Assembly: GCA_004562765.1 (NCBI GenBank)
Contig: SFRL01000033.1
Location: 5,052-69,051 of the forward strand
DNA from: a bacterium
GTDB lineage: Bacteria; Bacillota; Clostridia; Lachnospirales; Lachnospiraceae
Direction: 5' to 3'
Length of the DNA stretch: 64,000 nt
A program made the translations under genes and the position numbers. The notes under the pieces are model-generated. The model searched no databases, was not told the DNA's origin, and saw only the letters and a program-made list of their open reading frames with translations. Positions 59,873-64,000 of this stretch are shown here, one piece after another (position 1 is the stretch's first letter; every line of letters starts with the position of its first letter).

Positions 59873-61040
59873 TGCCGGCTTCTCCCTTGTGGAGCTGCTG
59901 GTGTCCATGGTCATTCTGGCGATCATCGTCGTTCCGCTTTTGAACAGTTTTCTGACGGCGGCGCGAACCAATGCGAAGGCAAAGCGCGTATTGGAGGCGA
60001 CGACGGCAGGACAGAATCTGGTGGAGCGGATCAAGGCGCAGAGTGTGGAGGACTTTGTGACCGGAGGCGTTGCCAGTGGGGCAGCAATTACCATACCACT
60101 GACGGATGGGGCGGGGAATCCGCTGACGGACGCTGACGGAAATCCTTATTACAGTTATCAGAAGACGATCTCACTGGATGTGGACGGGCGCACCTATGAT
60201 GCGGTAGCCACCATGAGCCCGGAAAAATATCTTGATACCGGTGCTGTCAGCGGGGGATCGATCAATCATTATAACAGCGCGCAGATTCCGCAGATATCCA
60301 ATATGAATGAAAAGGTCAGTGCCTTTTTTATCATGGATGCGGGAGACGATCAGCGCGCGGTCACGAGCATGAATTATGAGGCATATGAGGATCCGGATCG
60401 GCATGATGCATACGTTGCCTCCGTACAGCGGACACTTACGATCGACATCAAAAAGGATCCTTCCAATGCGATAAATGTGAAGGGAACGGTTTCTTACTAC
60501 GATAATGAGGGAAATACACTTTCCCCCTATTACGAGCATGATCTGTACACCGGAGACAAGCTGGAAAATGTGTTTATCTGTTTCACATCATTACCGGATT
60601 TGCCATGCGGAAGCTACAGTAATGAGACGATTACTATTAACAATGAAGATAATGTACCGGTTAAGCTGTATCTGGTGAAACAGCAAAGTGCGGTAGAAAC
60701 GTCAAACCCGGATTTCTTCCGGCAGAACTATCGTGTTACAGTCAATGTAAATGAGGGCGCGAAGTCACCGGGAGAGGGCGCGTCCTGCAATGTGGTCACC
60801 AATATGTACACAGGCACAAATGCGACGGACAGTGTGATCCAACTGAACTATAAGAGTAAATTTGGTGTCCTGCAAAGCGGTATCAGCGCATGGAATGAGC
60901 TGAAATTGAATCAGGATCAGAGTTTGACACAGAAAAAGAGCACCAATATGATTTATGATATTGAGGTAAAGGTATATCCAAATGGAAAAATCGCGGATGG
61001 AGAAGAGCTGGCGACGCTCACGGGAACAAAGACAAAATAA
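59829..61040 (+). CDS. Large minor pilin (start uncertain, alternative GTG 59865)
   Basis: AG|FSLVELLVSMVILAII. Confidence 0.8.
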   Translation: MGTVRRKQRKRKVNNAGFSLVELLVSMVILAIIVVPLLNSFLTAARTNAKAKRVLEATTAGQNLVERIKAQSVEDFVTGGVASGAAITIPLTDGAGNPLTDADGNPYYSYQKTISLDVDGRTYDAVATMSPEKYLDTGAVSGGSINHYNSAQIPQISNMNEKVSAFFIMDAGDDQRAVTSMNYEAYEDPDRHDAYVASVQRTLTIDIKKDPSNAINVKGTVSYYDNEGNTLSPYYEHDLYTGDKLENVFICFTSLPDLPCGSYSNETITINNEDNVPVKLYLVKQQSAVETSNPDFFRQNYRVTVNVNEGAKSPGEGASCNVVTNMYTGTNATDSVIQLNYKSKFGVLQSGISAWNELKLNQDQSLTQKKSTNMIYDIEVKVYPNGKIADGEELATLTGTKTK

Positions 61041-63399
61041 CAGAGGATCATCCATTGTGCTGGTGGTGGGAGCCCTGGCGGTCGTGGGAACGTTTGCGGT
61101 CATTCTGCTGTCGCTCAGCCTGATGAATTACCGGATGAAGCATGTCAATCTGCAGGCACAGGATAATTTCTATGATGCAGAGAAGGTACTGGATGAGATC
61201 CGGGCAGGACTGGCTGTGGACGTGGCAGATGCTGCCGGAGCTGCCTATCAGGAGACACTGGAAAAATATAGCAAATTGTCGGTGGATGAGCGAAAGGAAC
61301 ACTATGCCCAGACCTTCAGTACCCGTATGTTGTCCTCCTCGCTGATCAGTCCGACGAATGCAGGTCAATGGAATCCCGATTACCTGAGGAGTCTGGTAAG
61401 TGCCGAGACAAAGGCAGGAACTAAGGATGGAAACGGTCTGACTATTGAGTCGGTGGATGGACTGTATTTCTTAAATCAGGATACAACAACCGGAAACTTC
61501 ACGATCAAAAGGTTGAAGATCACCTATGTGGATAAAAACGATTATATGACGGAGATCCGGACAGACATCAATATCGACTGCCCGGAGATCGATTACGCGC
61601 AGACGACGAAGGTGCCGGAACTGACCACCTACTGTATCGTTGCGCAGAACAAGACGTCAGCTACAGGACTTACAGCTACTGGTGTAGAAATAAAGGGAAA
61701 TGCATATCTGGGAAATCAGGGAACGGATTTTAACAATTCATCGATAAAATTTAAACCGAACGGTGAGAGTGGTTATCTCACCACCGGTGGTGAATTCAAA
61801 GCATACAACGGCGCGAATATTACGGCAGATTCCGGACTGGAAGTATGGGGACGGGATCTGTATCTGGATTCTGCAAGCTGGGCCAGCATTGAAACTGGAA
61901 CCGGAAATTGTAAACTTTACTTAAATGACGACTTAACACTTGCAAATCATTACGGAACTTCTGTGAGCGCAACATTGAAGGGCGAAGTATATGCATACGG
62001 TAATCCGGACAATGTGCGCGGCAGCGGTGTGTATGTAGATAATAAGGAAGTATTGAATGCACCTTCGGGATCAGCCATCACATTTCAGACAGATGTGGCG
62101 AACAATCCGGAAAATTATTCCAGCGCTTTTCTGATCAATGGAAAGAATGCGACGCTGGATCTGAGAGGGATCACGCAGATGCAGATTGCCGGCAATGCCT
62201 ATGTGGCAGCAAAGAAGCAGGCTGCCGACCAGAATGAATTTGATGTCATGATGGGTGAGTCAGTTGCTTTGAAAGCCGATCAGCGTGCATATCTGGTTCC
62301 TGCAGAAAATATGGCACCGGATTGCGAGTCCGGCGGCATGAATCCCATGAACAGCAAGGATTATCTCGGAGACGAGGGACAGAAAGGCTTGTGTCAGGAA
62401 GTAGCCGAATATCACGGCATCACGAAAGATGCAGTGCTGAGTGATCCGACCTGGCTCATAAAGGACAAGGATGGGAAAATCTTCTCTGTGGAGAAGCGGG
62501 GTGTCGTAGGTGTGCGTCAGGCATATTTCCCGACCAACATCGGCGGGACAGACATCACGATGGTGTATTTCTTCATGGTGTTCAAAAATGCTGCATACGC
62601 CAGAGATTATGCGACGAAAGAAGGTTCCATCGAAGACGGTGATGCCGGCTATTTTGTTGCCCGGGCAGATGAAGTCAGGGTGCGCATCGATGACGCGCAT
62701 TACAACACAGATGTGTTTTATCCGTCAGGAGTGGCAGCGTCAGATCCGTTGATCTGTTACTTTAATGGAAGCATTCTTTATGCAGATTCTGCAAACAGGA
62801 ACGGTGGATTCCTCACCGGGCGCTGTACATCCGCCGGAAAGACACCGACACAGCTTGCAAGAGAGCAGAACAGAAATCAGGAGAAATATGCGGCACTGTG
62901 CCACATGTTAAAGGTGGATTATACGGAACTTGCCGCCAATGAGAAGGGGCAGTCTGTATATGATAATCTGGTAAAGAAGGATTATCTGAGAACAAATGCC
63001 AGCGGAGCGGAGCGCATATTTACGCGCGAGACCAGTGGTGAAAAGACAATCGTAACAAATGAGAATTACGAGATCAACGATATGACAGATACAGATGTAC
63101 ATGTTGTCATTGCGGGTGGAACCGTGCGCGTTTCCCGCAGTTTCACCGGTCTGATCCTGGCAGGTGGGGATATTATTTTCACAAACCCCAATATCACCAT
63201 TCAGTCAGACAGTAGTCTGGTAAAGAAAGCATTGGCCGGAAAAAATGCGTCCTACGGTGATCTTCGTCCGGTTGATTTCTTATACGGCGGAGAGCAGTAT
63301 CTGAATCCGGAGGACCGGAATATCAATAGCAGTGATGTAGATAATTCCAGCGTGAATTATCTGGATAGTATTACTTACAGTAACTGGAAGAAGCAGTAA
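60982..63399 (+). CDS. Large PilX/PilK-like pilin, possible tip adhesin
   Basis: RG|SSIVLVV lacking Glu5, hydrophobic helix, NFY.AE, long beta-rich body, ends YSNWKKQ. Confidence 0.7.
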   Translation: MEKSRMEKSWRRSREQRQNNRGSSIVLVVGALAVVGTFAVILLSLSLMNYRMKHVNLQAQDNFYDAEKVLDEIRAGLAVDVADAAGAAYQETLEKYSKLSVDERKEHYAQTFSTRMLSSSLISPTNAGQWNPDYLRSLVSAETKAGTKDGNGLTIESVDGLYFLNQDTTTGNFTIKRLKITYVDKNDYMTEIRTDINIDCPEIDYAQTTKVPELTTYCIVAQNKTSATGLTATGVEIKGNAYLGNQGTDFNNSSIKFKPNGESGYLTTGGEFKAYNGANITADSGLEVWGRDLYLDSASWASIETGTGNCKLYLNDDLTLANHYGTSVSATLKGEVYAYGNPDNVRGSGVYVDNKEVLNAPSGSAITFQTDVANNPENYSSAFLINGKNATLDLRGITQMQIAGNAYVAAKKQAADQNEFDVMMGESVALKADQRAYLVPAENMAPDCESGGMNPMNSKDYLGDEGQKGLCQEVAEYHGITKDAVLSDPTWLIKDKDGKIFSVEKRGVVGVRQAYFPTNIGGTDITMVYFFMVFKNAAYARDYATKEGSIEDGDAGYFVARADEVRVRIDDAHYNTDVFYPSGVAASDPLICYFNGSILYADSANRNGGFLTGRCTSAGKTPTQLAREQNRNQEKYAALCHMLKVDYTELAANEKGQSVYDNLVKKDYLRTNASGAERIFTRETSGEKTIVTNENYEINDMTDTDVHVVIAGGTVRVSRSFTGLILAGGDIIFTNPNITIQSDSSLVKKALAGKNASYGDLRPVDFLYGGEQYLNPEDRNINSSDVDNSSVNYLDSITYSNWKKQ

Positions 63400-63408
63400 G
63401 GGGACATT

Positions 63409-63924
63409 TTGTTGAAGAAGCATAATAACAGTGGATTTTCGGTAATTGAATTACTGGCGGTGGTGGTGATCATGGCGATCCTTGCCACCGGTACGGTCAC
63501 GATCGTTTTATCGATATCCTCCTATCGGGCCAAGCAGGCAGTTGAAGAGATCAGTGCGACGATGTCCGAGACGCGGGTGCAGGCGTTGAGTAAGACAAGC
63601 GCGTGGATGGAGATCCGGCAGGAAACGGACGGAACCTATGTGATCGGTACGTCCTACGCCGGAGACACCAGACTGGCAAAATCCTATACCATTAGTTATG
63701 CCAAAGAGGGGGATGCCACGGCGGTGCTGATCCAGACCTCAAACCCGTTGGTCCTGACTTATGACAGGAGTACCGGAGGTTTTGCGGATATCAAGATCAA
63801 AGATCCCAGCGGAAATTTAACCGGAACAGGTACATATTGTGACAGTATCACAGTCAGCAAAGGGTCGAAAACATTTGTCATTCGGCTGTACAAAGAAAGC
63901 GGAAAGCATAAATGTGAGGACTAA
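63409..63924 (+). CDS. Minor pilin
   Basis: SG|FSVIELLAVVVIM. Confidence 0.85.
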   Translation: MLKKHNNSGFSVIELLAVVVIMAILATGTVTIVLSISSYRAKQAVEEISATMSETRVQALSKTSAWMEIRQETDGTYVIGTSYAGDTRLAKSYTISYAKEGDATAVLIQTSNPLVLTYDRSTGGFADIKIKDPSGNLTGTGTYCDSITVSKGSKTFVIRLYKESGKHKCED

Positions 63925-63930
63925 AGAACT

Positions 63931-64000
63931 ATGAAATCAGATAACAGGGGAATCAGCCTGGTGGAACTGATCGCCAGCATCGCGATCCTGGCGCTCGTCA
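63931..64000 (+). CDS. Minor pilin, truncated by the window end
   Basis: MKSDNRG|ISLVELIASIAILALV. Confidence 0.8.
   Translation, partial: MKSDNRGISLVELIASIAILALV

Noticed and set aside
1..64000. CRISPR array, tRNA, rRNA, integrase or transposase
   Set aside because: None recognised by eye; tRNAscan, Infernal and CRISPR finders were not run.

Overview
A mostly plus-strand chromosomal window from a Clostridia-type bacterium; gene content suggests Lachnospiraceae (inference). It opens with a protein carrying a permuted papain-like domain, translationally coupled to an Afp15/Pvc15-like AAA+ ATPase, probably the tail of a contractile injection system locus. Next come a coiled-coil membrane protein, a CBS-domain pyrophosphatase and a flavin reductase. 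An accessory islet follows, with a multiply deleted class IIC group II intron, an XRE regulator, two acyltransferase-3 genes and a partial duplicate of the upstream coiled-coil gene. The middle holds an S1 protein, iscS-iscU, an acyltransferase with an in-frame TAG, LacI plus a broken MATE gene, a large ECF-S-component/beta-propeller/HD-GYP sensor coupled to a BMP-family binding protein, an AAA_14-DUF4143 plus HTH-Uma2 pair, XdhC, a Csp-type subtilase, a yybP-ykoY riboswitch before a broken Ca/Na antiporter, citrate synthase, a YtrA-type GntR-ABC operon and small housekeeping genes. The window ends with an arabinan utilisation locus (3x GH43, ArsR-type regulator, ABC transporter, GH51, GH127), galK-galT and a type IV pilus cluster that runs off the right edge. 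All calls come from motif reading only; no database searches were run.
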